Below, piece after piece: positions 48,798-58,300 of a stretch of DNA of 64,000 nucleotides; within the stretch, counting starts at the first letter, position 1, and each line of letters opens with the position of its first letter. Position numbers and translations under genes: made by a program. The notes under the pieces were generated by a model, which saw only the letters and a list, made by a program, of their open reading frames with translations, searched no databases and was not told where the DNA came from. The stretch is from an uncultured virus (IMG/VR IMGVR_UViG_3300006620_000021). Taxonomy: Duplodnaviria; Heunggongvirae; Uroviricota; Caudoviricetes. The stretch lies in the IMG/VR virus record IMGVR_UViG_3300006620_000021. One strand, given 5' to 3'.

Positions 48798-50160
48798 TAG
48801 ATCTCTCCAAGTAGTTCAGTTCTTCGGATGTAAAACCAAATTGCTGAGGTAGATCCTTGTAGACTGTGATGTCAGGTACTTCCGCATTCTTAATAGCAGG
48901 AGTAAATCCCGAAGTCCTTTTATAATTCTCCACAAAAAATTGAATGATCGGATTGTCAAAGATCTCGCTAAGACGCGAACCTTCTTCTTCCGAAGCAACA
49001 GGACACCACACGTTAAGCATACCCACAAATCCATTAGAGACGAACCTCTTCTTATATGTGCTGGAGAACGGGACGATGAACTTCAAAACATCACCAGTAG
49101 TTGGAAGTACATTTGTGCGAGCAACCTTATTGCCAGTTTTAAACACCTCATACTTACCATCAGGAATATAATCATCATTGGCAATCTCCTGACCAATCTT
49201 CAGAGGGATGCGAGGATGATTAGAATTAGCAATCTTCTCAAGAATAGAATACTTGAGAGCAGCATCACCAAAAACAGGCAGACCATCACGAAGGTCCCAA
49301 GTAAAGATCCCATCATGAGTAATCACAGTAGTCTTACCCTGATATGGTTCATTCACTAGATGCCAACGACAAATGTCCACACCTTCCGTAAAGTAATCAT
49401 CAGCAGTGTAATCAATCAGTTTAAGATTGTAGATAGTAGAGAACAACTGCATGAACTTCTTACCCTTGCCAGTGTTACCCAACACTGATGCAGGAGTAAC
49501 CTCACACATGTCACCACCAGGAGCAAGCAACTCAAGATGTTGCTCTACAATCTTTGTCCACAACTTATTGTTCCTTGCCTTCTTGGTAGGATCGTTGTAT
49601 GGAGGATTGGCAAGAATGGCGGTGAACTTCATGTCTGGGTTGGTGGATACTACTTCAATCTGCTTGTCAATATATCCTACACGATTACGATGACTATCGC
49701 AACTTTCCCATACAGTGAGACTGTCGGGATTGATTCCTCGTTCTAGAAGGCGAGCAGAGTGTGATCCACTAGGATCTCCAAACATGTATGTCTTGCTCAT
49801 ATCTTGACAGTCATTGATCATTGTATCAAGGAGCGAAGTGGGGATCGATTGCTGAATAGCAGATGAGACAGATAGACCGTTAATAGTCTCAGAGACCGAT
49901 TGTCTGATGCTCTTCTGAATGCTGTTGGAGACCAGACCGATGCGACGAGTCAGAAGTTCCATACTGTGAGGATTCTTAGAGATAACCTCAGAGAGGATTC
50001 CTTCTTTGTCACCAGTTACAGAAGAATAAACATCGGATCCAATCACATCGTTGATGGAGTACACATTCCGACCACTACGAATGATGTAGAACATGGTCAG
50101 AGGGATGGATTCCAGGAGTGCCTTGACAGTCTGCTTCTTCAGAGTGTCAAGGTCATCGAC
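48787..50160 (-). CDS. Eco57I-like N6-adenine methyltransferase catalytic/TRD region, probably translated as a -1 frameshift extension of the upstream helicase
   Basis: ILANPPY, LLAPGG...VTP; the frame is open upstream of the annotated ATG (50094) as far as the slippery site. Confidence 0.8.
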   Translation of the reverse strand, partial: VDDLDTLKKQTVKALLESIPLTMFYIIRSGRNVYSINDVIGSDVYSSVTGDKEGILSEVISKNPHSMELLTRRIGLVSNSIQKSIRQSVSETINGLSVSSAIQQSIPTSLLDTMINDCQDMSKTYMFGDPSGSHSARLLERGINPDSLTVWESCDSHRNRVGYIDKQIEVVSTNPDMKFTAILANPPYNDPTKKARNNKLWTKIVEQHLELLAPGGDMCEVTPASVLGNTGKGKKFMQLFSTIYNLKLIDYTADDYFTEGVDICRWHLVNEPYQGKTTVITHDGIFTWDLRDGLPVFGDAALKYSILEKIANSNHPRIPLKIGQEIANDDYIPDGKYEVFKTGNKVARTNVLPTTGDVLKFIVPFSSTYKKRFVSNGFVGMLNVWCPVASEEEGSRLSEIFDNPIIQFFVENYKRTSGFTPAIKNAEVPDITVYKDLPQQFGFTSEELNYLERSNVI

Positions 50161-50181
50161 TTTTTTACGCGATCAGTCTCC
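50121..50181 (-). promoter_or_regulatory. Programmed -1 ribosomal frameshift signal
   Basis: GGAG, 11 nt, in-frame A_AAA_AAG, 7 nt, then hairpin CCTTGACA-C-TCTG-AAGAAG-CAGA-C-TGTCAAGG. Confidence 0.8.
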
Positions 50182-51932
50182 ATCACGACACAACTTTGAT
50201 TGTTAGCACCATTGTCATTTAACTGCGTCTCCTTCAAGACTGTCGTAAGAGCAGACTTGAGGTTGAAGTTGAAGTCACTCAGACCACTGAGATCAAGAGA
50301 CTCAACAATGCTGGTCACAGTAGAGATGCTGCTCTCAACATCTGCTGCTAGAGCATCTTCAAATGCTTCCTTACTCAGTTCCTGGAACCCATCGTTCCAT
50401 TCATGGATGTTGGTGAAGTCTACGACGCTGAATTGAGACAATGAAGGGTTGCTATCACATGCGAGTTGGAACGCTGTATGAAGAGCACGTAGGCACCTCT
50501 GAGCGTCAAAATCAATGACCCACCAGTCATGATCACCAGATCCACCACGGAATGCGAACTGTGTCCAGAACTCAATCGATTCTCCACCACGGCAATTGAT
50601 AACAGTATCAATCTTCTCAGCAGTCACACCCAGAACATTTGCAGACTGAGTGATGATCAATGCCTTGGGATGCTCATCCAAGAATAGAGTGATATCTTCC
50701 TGATCTTTCTTAGCATCAGAGGTAACTACCAGTGCAGGATAGTAACACTCAACCAACTTTTGGAATGCATGACATGCCTTGACGCTAGGCAGTGCCATCA
50801 TGTGATATGTACCCTTCAACAAACGATCACCGATACGGATATTGCGTTGTGGTCCAAAGTAATTGCGAACAAACTCTCTGACCAGATCCTCATGCAAGAA
50901 CTCATTTCCTTTCATGGTGAAGATGTTCTTCATTGCATCAGGATCGTTACCAAAGATCTCTTGATATGCAGAAGTTTGATACTTAGCAAAGGCAACATTC
51001 ATCTTAGGACGTTGGAACACCCCATTCTGAACATCCAGTTGCTCATCAAAGTAGGTATAGACAAACTTCTGGTTGTCTTCGGGGAACATCCAACAAAGTT
51101 TATGAGCAGTTCCAGAGATGTAGCAAATACGAGTATCAAGTTCTTCGCGCAGTTTGACGAACTGATCAGCAGTGCCGCCAATATGTGCCTCATCAAAAGC
51201 AACAAAGTCAACGTTCTTGATCTTGTCCAGACGCTTCAAGCAAGTCTGAACCGTACCCCAAAGAACAACATTTACATCACGTTGACTCCAGTATTCAAGG
51301 AAGGTCTCCCAACCAGGATCTTTGAGAGAGACGTACTTGACTGAAGGGAAATACTTGTTTGAGTCCTTCTTCCAAGATGCCTCAGGAGACTTCTGACGGG
51401 AGCAAACAAGAGATACCTTATATTCGCTATCAACAATGTGCTTAAGAACCATTGCAGACTTACCTGCACGGCACTTAGCGAACAGCAGGAACTCGTTACT
51501 AGTACACCATGCAATCTTATTGAGGAACTTCTGCTGATATGGACGTGGTTTGAATTCTTCATACACCTTCTCCTTACCAGAGAAGAACTTCTCATGGATC
51601 ATCTCACCGATGATATCCAAGTTGTATCGCTTTGGATCATACTCAAAAGTCTCAGAGTTCTTAGCACCAAGCCTCTTAATACCAACTTGTTTGTCCAACC
51701 ATGCATGAATAATCTTATCGTGACCAGCATCATGACCATCATCACGAGTAGATACATCCTCCCACCAACGGCAGCGAATATACTTGGATTCAAATTGAGC
51801 TCCACGCTGATTTGCCTTACCATAATCGCTTCCACGATGCCGATGCTCCCAAGCGAAGCGAGTCTGACCAACATTGAAGGATGGTACAGTGATATTTTCG
51901 GCAGTGTCGAAGTAGATGTTGACGAGGGACAC
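50139..51932 (-). CDS. Nuclease (GIY-YIG/T5orf172-like)-SF2 helicase protein
   Basis: N-terminal NVGQT.R...HD..IH..L...ETF; PRPYQ, AKCRAGKS, FDEAH, SGTA and QFAFR. Confidence 0.8.
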   Translation of the reverse strand: MSLVNIYFDTAENITVPSFNVGQTRFAWEHRHRGSDYGKANQRGAQFESKYIRCRWWEDVSTRDDGHDAGHDKIIHAWLDKQVGIKRLGAKNSETFEYDPKRYNLDIIGEMIHEKFFSGKEKVYEEFKPRPYQQKFLNKIAWCTSNEFLLFAKCRAGKSAMVLKHIVDSEYKVSLVCSRQKSPEASWKKDSNKYFPSVKYVSLKDPGWETFLEYWSQRDVNVVLWGTVQTCLKRLDKIKNVDFVAFDEAHIGGTADQFVKLREELDTRICYISGTAHKLCWMFPEDNQKFVYTYFDEQLDVQNGVFQRPKMNVAFAKYQTSAYQEIFGNDPDAMKNIFTMKGNEFLHEDLVREFVRNYFGPQRNIRIGDRLLKGTYHMMALPSVKACHAFQKLVECYYPALVVTSDAKKDQEDITLFLDEHPKALIITQSANVLGVTAEKIDTVINCRGGESIEFWTQFAFRGGSGDHDWWVIDFDAQRCLRALHTAFQLACDSNPSLSQFSVVDFTNIHEWNDGFQELSKEAFEDALAADVESSISTVTSIVESLDLSGLSDFNFNLKSALTTVLKETQLNDNGANNQSCVVMETDRVKKSMTLTL

Positions 51933-51958
51933 GAATGTAAGAATTGCTGTACCCCGTA

Positions 51959-52010
51959 ATTATAACCCATAAAAAAGGGGGGCAATGCCCCCCTGTGACA
52001 GTTATGTAAC
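51959..52010 (-). promoter_or_regulatory. Early-type promoter with embedded terminator hairpin
   Basis: TAACTGTCACA half-palindrome, GGGGGGC-ATT-GCCCCCC-TTTTTT, then TATAAT at 51959-51964. Confidence 0.7.
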
Positions 52011-52205
52011 CTACCCCTCTATGGAGTGCGATATGCATTCTTTACTGTTGTCATCCCAGTGTCTTACTGCATTGGCAACGATAGCAACATTAGTAACCAT
52101 GTAAGCGACAAGAATAAAGGTGCGTATGCCAGCAATAGTATCTGCCTCTCTATCTGTTCGTCCATCTTTTTCTCCTAATGCCTTCGCCCAAATCCGCCAC
52201 ATCAA
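52011..52205 (-). CDS. Conserved small membrane protein
   Basis: WRIWAKALGEK...IVANAVRHW. Confidence 0.7.
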   Translation of the reverse strand: MMWRIWAKALGEKDGRTDREADTIAGIRTFILVAYMVTNVAIVANAVRHWDDNSKECISHSIEG

Positions 52206-55200
52206 AGATTATCCAACCTCTCCGCTATACAGACCCTCCTAATAAGATCTTTTAAATCTTCATTATCCATACATTGACACTTAACTGTCTCCTTCAATTC
52301 ATTGATCTGTTCTTGCTGCTCTTTAATTGCTTCAATCAAGAGAGCAACCATGTTCTGATATGCAACAGATTTAACTCCATCACCTGCCTCAAGAACCAAT
52401 TCGGGGATAACCTTCTCAACTTCTTGTGCGATTACACCAATTGAACGTTCTGGATCACCTATTCTATTGAAGTACACACCACGCAAGTCGAGAACTTTAT
52501 CGAGTGCGTTAGTGATACCAACAACATTCTCCTTAAGTCTTTCGTCAGAGTTTGCAGTAACGGTTCCTGAGAAGGTTGCATTACCATCTTTGTTGATTCT
52601 CAGTCTTTCCAGAGGATTGGATGGACCAGAATCCTGAGTACCAAAACTCAATCCAAACTGACCAGAGGTTCCTTCAGATACACCTTTGATGAATCCACGC
52701 TCACCATCATTACTAATATCTCTACCCTCAAACTTAATTCCACCATAGAAGTAAGAACTATTAAGTGCTTGGTCAGTTTGACTAAACCTGACATAGTTAC
52801 CTTGAGTGTCACCTGTGGTGTTTTTATCCGTTGTGACAATAACATCATTTACGAATGTGGAGACACCAACTGCATTGAAGGTATTAACATTAACCTGCTG
52901 ATTAAAGGTAGTAATACCAGTCTCAACAATGAATCCATTAGTAACGTTCCAAATCAAGGAACCCATTCTAAATTCAACGTTGTTCTCGAAGAGAACTGGA
53001 CCAGCAGCATACAGTGAGTATCCTGCCTTTGCCTGACTAGTTTCAATACCAACTTGTGCTGTTGTTGAGACACCAACACCATCAAACACCCAAACGTCAG
53101 ATACGTTTGTTAACTGACTACCATCACCCTTGAATGTACCACTCCAAAGACCAACATAATAATTGTCTGGATTTGCTTGGATAGGAGCAAACTTCTTCCA
53201 GTTATTATCATTAGTATAGACCCATCCAAGTTCACCACCAGATCTTGGTTCAGCATCATATACAACGTTACCAACGTTTCCAGCAACTTGTGGTGTCGAG
53301 ATACCAACAGTATACTCTCTAGCAATAGTCTGATCACCCTGAATCAGAACACTATTACCTTCAATCGGAGCATTTGCAGTAACTTTCTTATTGAATACCG
53401 CAGGTCCGTTGAACTCAGAGATGATAACATTATCCTTACCACCATCAACAATCAGTCCCCTATTAATTGTAAGTTGTTCACTAGAGGTTACATCAAATCC
53501 GATCTCACCACTATCACTAGTGATGTCTTCACCCCTTACAGTAGGAACTGGTGCATTAGTAACTAAGTCTTTACCAGTTGTACCACTAGTGAATTTGTTA
53601 ACTGTGTAAGCGTTACCTCTATCATCAAGTCCATTATAGAATGGTGTACCACCATCAATAGATACAGACTGAGATAACAATCTCTCGACCTGCTTAAACT
53701 GTCTATCCTGTCTCTCTGGGAGTGCGGTAGAGTAGTTACCAGGACCGAATCCAAGATATTCAAAAGTATGTCCAGATGCACGTTGAATAGAGTTTCTTCT
53801 AAATTCAACTGGTTTAAAACTAACTTTCTTAAGTACAGATCCAATTGGGTGCTGCTGTTTTTGTGATCCAAACAATCCACGGAAGACATCAATAGCAGTC
53901 TCACTACTAACAGACTGACTAATACGCATGATCTCATTATTCATAACGAGATAATCACCAACATCCCAACCAGTATGACTTGCATTTTGTACAGTCAAAG
54001 TGTTAAGAGTAGTGTCAGTTAGAGCAGCAACAATATTCGTTTGAATACCAGCGTACTGAGGAACCAATCTAGCAGATACTGCTTCATCGTTAAAATCAAT
54101 ACTATCTGCCTGTGATGTAATACCCTTAGGATAAATTATTCCACCACCAGTTGGTGATACTACCGTAGTACCGACACCAACTTTAACTGCAAGACTATCG
54201 ACAGTGTAAACAGTATCAACAGTGAAGTCACCGTTTAATATATCCTCAGAAAATCCACCAAACTTAATGTTGTTACCAACCAGCATTCCGTGAGAGTTGT
54301 CACAAGTAACACTAGCAATACCAGTCAGGTTATTGTAAGTAATTGAGGTAATACCTACAGTCTTACCTGTCATGTAGGCAGTAACATCCGAAAGAATCGC
54401 TGCAGATATATTACTCAATCCATTAGTATTGATACCAGCGACTGCTTGTGCTCCCGTGAATGGGAACTTAGCAAAGATCGTAGATGCAGAAGATACATTT
54501 ACATTGACATCATCTCCTACAGTGACGCCTGTAATTGTATAGATGTTATTGTAATCTACAAAACGATCATCTCTAATACCATCAAGTCTGATGGCATCAC
54601 CAACACTGTTATGAATTTCTTGAACAGTAACATAACCTTGAACAAATCCTCCAGTAGAACCAATACCAGTAACAGCAAGAGTATTACCAATACCATATGC
54701 AGATCCACCATCAACAATCTTGACAGCAGTAATTGCACCATCAACATCAATTTGAACGTTTGCTGTAGCAAACTTACCTGTTACAGAGTTACCAAAACCA
54801 ACTAAGTTAGCATTATAAAGAGTCTGAATACTTCCAGAACCATTACCATAATTTAAACCAGTACTAGTAACACCAACTTTAGTGATTGCATTGAATCCAT
54901 GGTCACCTAAAGTTTGAATGGTGTGAGCAATACCACTCTGAGATAAAACATCTGCAACATCAAATCCAATCTTGATATCTCTAATATTCTTATTAATTAC
55001 CTCTTTAGTCAGGTTTTTCTGAGGATCGTTAACCTCAGTAAGTCCAAGAGGAGTTGGAAGAGCAAATGTTCTCGTTTGCTCTGGGTCAGAGACTGGATTG
55101 TCTCTATCAAGTTGTGGGAAGAGATTCTTAAGTGGTTGCTGATATCTTAAACCCTGGAATGGAGTTACAACAGGTTTAGAAGATGCATCAATTAAAGTTA

Positions 55201-58096
55201 AGTGATAAACACCATCTTTTGCATTTGGAATATACTCCTGAACTTCTTCCTTCTTGTATACAAATAATGTGTTATTGAGATTCTTTCTCTCATACCTAGG
55301 AAGATCCGTGGTTCTTATATCAGTATTATTATCAAACTGTCCAGGGTTAGTATTAAGACCAACAGTAAACGCCTTTCTATCTGGTCTTCCAGTTACCTGG
55401 AATACACCGTTAAATCCAGTGTTTGCAATACCAGTAGTGTTTGCTGTAGATACAACATTGAAGATCTGAACCTGAGAACCAGCAGACAACTGGTGCGGTA
55501 CTTCTGTGTGTATAGTAGCAATACCACTAGTAGCATCCCAGACAGCATTTGAGAGCATTCTGGGGTTTCTTAATTCAGAGCTGTTAGACAGAATAATAGG
55601 ACTTACACTCTTAAACTTAGAGATTTCATTATCAGTAAGTCCAACTGTTTGTCCAGATTCCTGAAGAACAAAAGAATCTTCTGGTGGTCTACCAAGAACA
55701 GCAGAATCTCTCGGAACAACATATCTAACTTTGTAGATTTTATCTTCAAGAGATCTATTATCTGGAGTTCTAGAGATGAAGGTCTTTGGAGATGCTTCTC
55801 CAAGAGACAATGTTCCTAATCCAACAATGGTGCTGTAAATACTATTTTTTGCACTATCTCCACTTACTTGAACATACCATTGCTGTTGAGTTTGATCATA
55901 TTGTACTGGGTGAGCAATATCTCCAGACTTCTTATCAGATACTCTAGATTCAATTTGAAGAATACCACCTTTACTGTTTACAGTTACAGCAGAAGCACTG
56001 ATTGTATCGTTAAGTGTTTGTCCTAACTTAATTTGGTCAGTGTTAATACCAGCGGTGATTGCATAATAGAGTCTATTATGATCCAAACCATCAGGAAGTT
56101 CTCCATCATCACTCAAAATTCTGAGAGATTCTCCACTACTAAATGAATGTGGTTGTGTAAGAGTGAATATATTAGAGGTAATACTATTGATACCAATAGC
56201 AGTTCTACCAACAGTATGTACTTTGGTAGCAGTTGTCTCAAAGACACCAGTGCCCTGTGTTTCGGGCATAATAATATCTGCTTCTTTAGTCTCAGGTTGA
56301 CCATTAATGTTGATGATGACTTTCAATCTGTCATCATTTTTTGCACCAATTCTATATCCCTGAATTACAGACTGTGGTGCAACGTTTGCATTGAACTGAT
56401 TATACAAGTACAGTCTGCTGGTTTGTCCAACAGAAATTGTTCTTGCAACGTCGATTGCTTCCCACTCAAGGTTTACTTCATCTGTAGTAATTTCTTGTGG
56501 TGGGAGGATGTGGGTGATAAATCCAGTATCATCTCTAGGGAAGGCATTATTTCTAAATCCAACACAAATTAATGCTTTTGCACCAAAGTTGGAGTTAGAG
56601 TTGGTGATGGACATGTCACCACCAGTATCCGACAGGAAGTGGTTAGCATATCCAATAGCAAATACAGAGACCAACTGCAAGAAGGCATCATTAGATCCCT
56701 TAATGTGGAAGTTCTCATAATCTGGCTTGTAAACGGCAGATGTATCTGTGTGTAAGTTTTCTACAGCGGTAGAATCTTCATATACACCTGATATTGCATT
56801 ATATTTTACAAATGCTTCATCATCTTTCTGAAGTCCGATACCCGTGAACTGTGCCACAACCATCGACTTAAATCCAGTCGCCTTGCTACCATCAGCATGG
56901 AGACCACACATACCAAATACTGATCTCAATGAACAGTTAAAGATGTATGGAGATGCAGAGGTTACAGAGTCAACGACGATGTTAAGTGTGGCAGATCCAG
57001 CAACAATAGAAGGTAGTGGATTTGCTGGAGCATTAGATACCTCGTAATTAATTCTTGTTTTACTCTCAACAGAATTAATTACAAATGAACCATTATATCC
57101 ACCAGTAGGAACACCCTCAATTCTGATAGGAGTATCAACGTCCAGTCCATCAAGTTCTTCTACAAGATCAACAGTAATGGTGGTGTTTGCAGTTACACCA
57201 TTACCCGCCTTAATACTACTAATACCAATATTCTCACCTTTAGAACCAACAATTCTAAATTCATCAACCTTGGTCTGAATATCAACCCCAGTATCTGGAG
57301 TGTCAGGACTAATCTCTCTTCCACTGGAAGCACCAAATGCTAGACCGATTCTTTGATAGTAAAGATCTAAGTCAGTCCTTGTGGTATTATAGTTGAGGAA
57401 TGTATCGTTAAAAGCAACAGGGTTTACACCATCAGCATACTCAAAACAAGTTAACTTGTGGTGAGAGAAGTTGGGTACAAAAATAGAAGTGCTATAGTCT
57501 TTGAATACCCTAGAACTTGGGTCAGCATCAAAGAAAGTAAACTGATAGAAGTAACAAGTACCTGTTACACGGAACAGACAAGTTCTATCAATAGTATTAT
57601 CAGAAGGATCTGGTACAAACTTTGGTCTAATTTTAGTTTTACGAAGATCCAATCCAACGATGGATGTACCACGGGGAATAATCACACCCCCGTATACAGA
57701 GTTCATCTTGTAGAGATCGTTGTCTGGATCATCAATATCAAAATTAGTATCCAAAGTAAATTCGGATAGCGCATTGGATGCAGATCCACTGCGAGTCAAA
57801 TAATTATTTCCACCCTGTGGATTATCATGTATAGGTATCCAACCTGGCCTGTTATCAATCAGGTGCTCGCCAGGATATACAATGATAGTTGTTCTACTGA
57901 ACCTATCATTATCAAATCCCTTCTGGTAAGAGAATCTTGCTGCTTCAATTAATGCTCTTTGGATAGTTTTGAAGGGTCTAACCAAAGAGTTACCTTGGTT
58001 TTCAATACTATCTGTAGAGTCAATACTTGAAGGATCAACGTAAAGGATGTCTCCTCTACTATTTTTCAGAAAATTATCTAAGCGACTAAGACCCAT
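52202..58096 (-). CDS. Large virion/tail-fibre protein with C-terminal Peptidase_S74 chaperone
   Basis: MGLSRLDNFLKN, PFKTIQRALIEAARFSY; SDERLKEN..GVIAQEVE..LLIEAIKEQQ; late promoter at 58127-58133. Confidence 0.85.
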   Translation of the reverse strand: MGLSRLDNFLKNSRGDILYVDPSSIDSTDSIENQGNSLVRPFKTIQRALIEAARFSYQKGFDNDRFSRTTIIVYPGEHLIDNRPGWIPIHDNPQGGNNYLTRSGSASNALSEFTLDTNFDIDDPDNDLYKMNSVYGGVIIPRGTSIVGLDLRKTKIRPKFVPDPSDNTIDRTCLFRVTGTCYFYQFTFFDADPSSRVFKDYSTSIFVPNFSHHKLTCFEYADGVNPVAFNDTFLNYNTTRTDLDLYYQRIGLAFGASSGREISPDTPDTGVDIQTKVDEFRIVGSKGENIGISSIKAGNGVTANTTITVDLVEELDGLDVDTPIRIEGVPTGGYNGSFVINSVESKTRINYEVSNAPANPLPSIVAGSATLNIVVDSVTSASPYIFNCSLRSVFGMCGLHADGSKATGFKSMVVAQFTGIGLQKDDEAFVKYNAISGVYEDSTAVENLHTDTSAVYKPDYENFHIKGSNDAFLQLVSVFAIGYANHFLSDTGGDMSITNSNSNFGAKALICVGFRNNAFPRDDTGFITHILPPQEITTDEVNLEWEAIDVARTISVGQTSRLYLYNQFNANVAPQSVIQGYRIGAKNDDRLKVIININGQPETKEADIIMPETQGTGVFETTATKVHTVGRTAIGINSITSNIFTLTQPHSFSSGESLRILSDDGELPDGLDHNRLYYAITAGINTDQIKLGQTLNDTISASAVTVNSKGGILQIESRVSDKKSGDIAHPVQYDQTQQQWYVQVSGDSAKNSIYSTIVGLGTLSLGEASPKTFISRTPDNRSLEDKIYKVRYVVPRDSAVLGRPPEDSFVLQESGQTVGLTDNEISKFKSVSPIILSNSSELRNPRMLSNAVWDATSGIATIHTEVPHQLSAGSQVQIFNVVSTANTTGIANTGFNGVFQVTGRPDRKAFTVGLNTNPGQFDNNTDIRTTDLPRYERKNLNNTLFVYKKEEVQEYIPNAKDGVYHLTLIDASSKPVVTPFQGLRYQQPLKNLFPQLDRDNPVSDPEQTRTFALPTPLGLTEVNDPQKNLTKEVINKNIRDIKIGFDVADVLSQSGIAHTIQTLGDHGFNAITKVGVTSTGLNYGNGSGSIQTLYNANLVGFGNSVTGKFATANVQIDVDGAITAVKIVDGGSAYGIGNTLAVTGIGSTGGFVQGYVTVQEIHNSVGDAIRLDGIRDDRFVDYNNIYTITGVTVGDDVNVNVSSASTIFAKFPFTGAQAVAGINTNGLSNISAAILSDVTAYMTGKTVGITSITYNNLTGIASVTCDNSHGMLVGNNIKFGGFSEDILNGDFTVDTVYTVDSLAVKVGVGTTVVSPTGGGIIYPKGITSQADSIDFNDEAVSARLVPQYAGIQTNIVAALTDTTLNTLTVQNASHTGWDVGDYLVMNNEIMRISQSVSSETAIDVFRGLFGSQKQQHPIGSVLKKVSFKPVEFRRNSIQRASGHTFEYLGFGPGNYSTALPERQDRQFKQVERLLSQSVSIDGGTPFYNGLDDRGNAYTVNKFTSGTTGKDLVTNAPVPTVRGEDITSDSGEIGFDVTSSEQLTINRGLIVDGGKDNVIISEFNGPAVFNKKVTANAPIEGNSVLIQGDQTIAREYTVGISTPQVAGNVGNVVYDAEPRSGGELGWVYTNDNNWKKFAPIQANPDNYYVGLWSGTFKGDGSQLTNVSDVWVFDGVGVSTTAQVGIETSQAKAGYSLYAAGPVLFENNVEFRMGSLIWNVTNGFIVETGITTFNQQVNVNTFNAVGVSTFVNDVIVTTDKNTTGDTQGNYVRFSQTDQALNSSYFYGGIKFEGRDISNDGERGFIKGVSEGTSGQFGLSFGTQDSGPSNPLERLRINKDGNATFSGTVTANSDERLKENVVGITNALDKVLDLRGVYFNRIGDPERSIGVIAQEVEKVIPELVLEAGDGVKSVAYQNMVALLIEAIKEQQEQINELKETVKCQCMDNEDLKDLIRRVCIAERLDNL

Positions 58097-58129
58097 TTTA
58101 TTCCACTAGATGCTATTGCTATGTTTTAT

Positions 58130-58300
58130 TTATTCAGATTGATTACACTCTAAAACGTACTCAACCGTGGCAGTTATATCTGCCATTGCATCTGAAAGAT
58201 ACTTCTGTTGACCAGATTCTTGCAGATAGTTATCGTCATCATGTGTGAGAATCCAACGCCATTGACGCATCTCATCACTATACCAAATTTTTATTTGCAT
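58130..58300 (-). CDS. Conserved hypothetical protein
   Basis: IKIWYSDEMRQWRW...QESG. Confidence 0.65.
   Translation of the reverse strand: MQIKIWYSDEMRQWRWILTHDDDNYLQESGQQKYLSDAMADITATVEYVLECNQSE

Noticed and set aside
50760..51959. Plus-strand ORFs of 194 and 173 aa
   Set aside because: Antisense shadows of the nuclease-helicase gene
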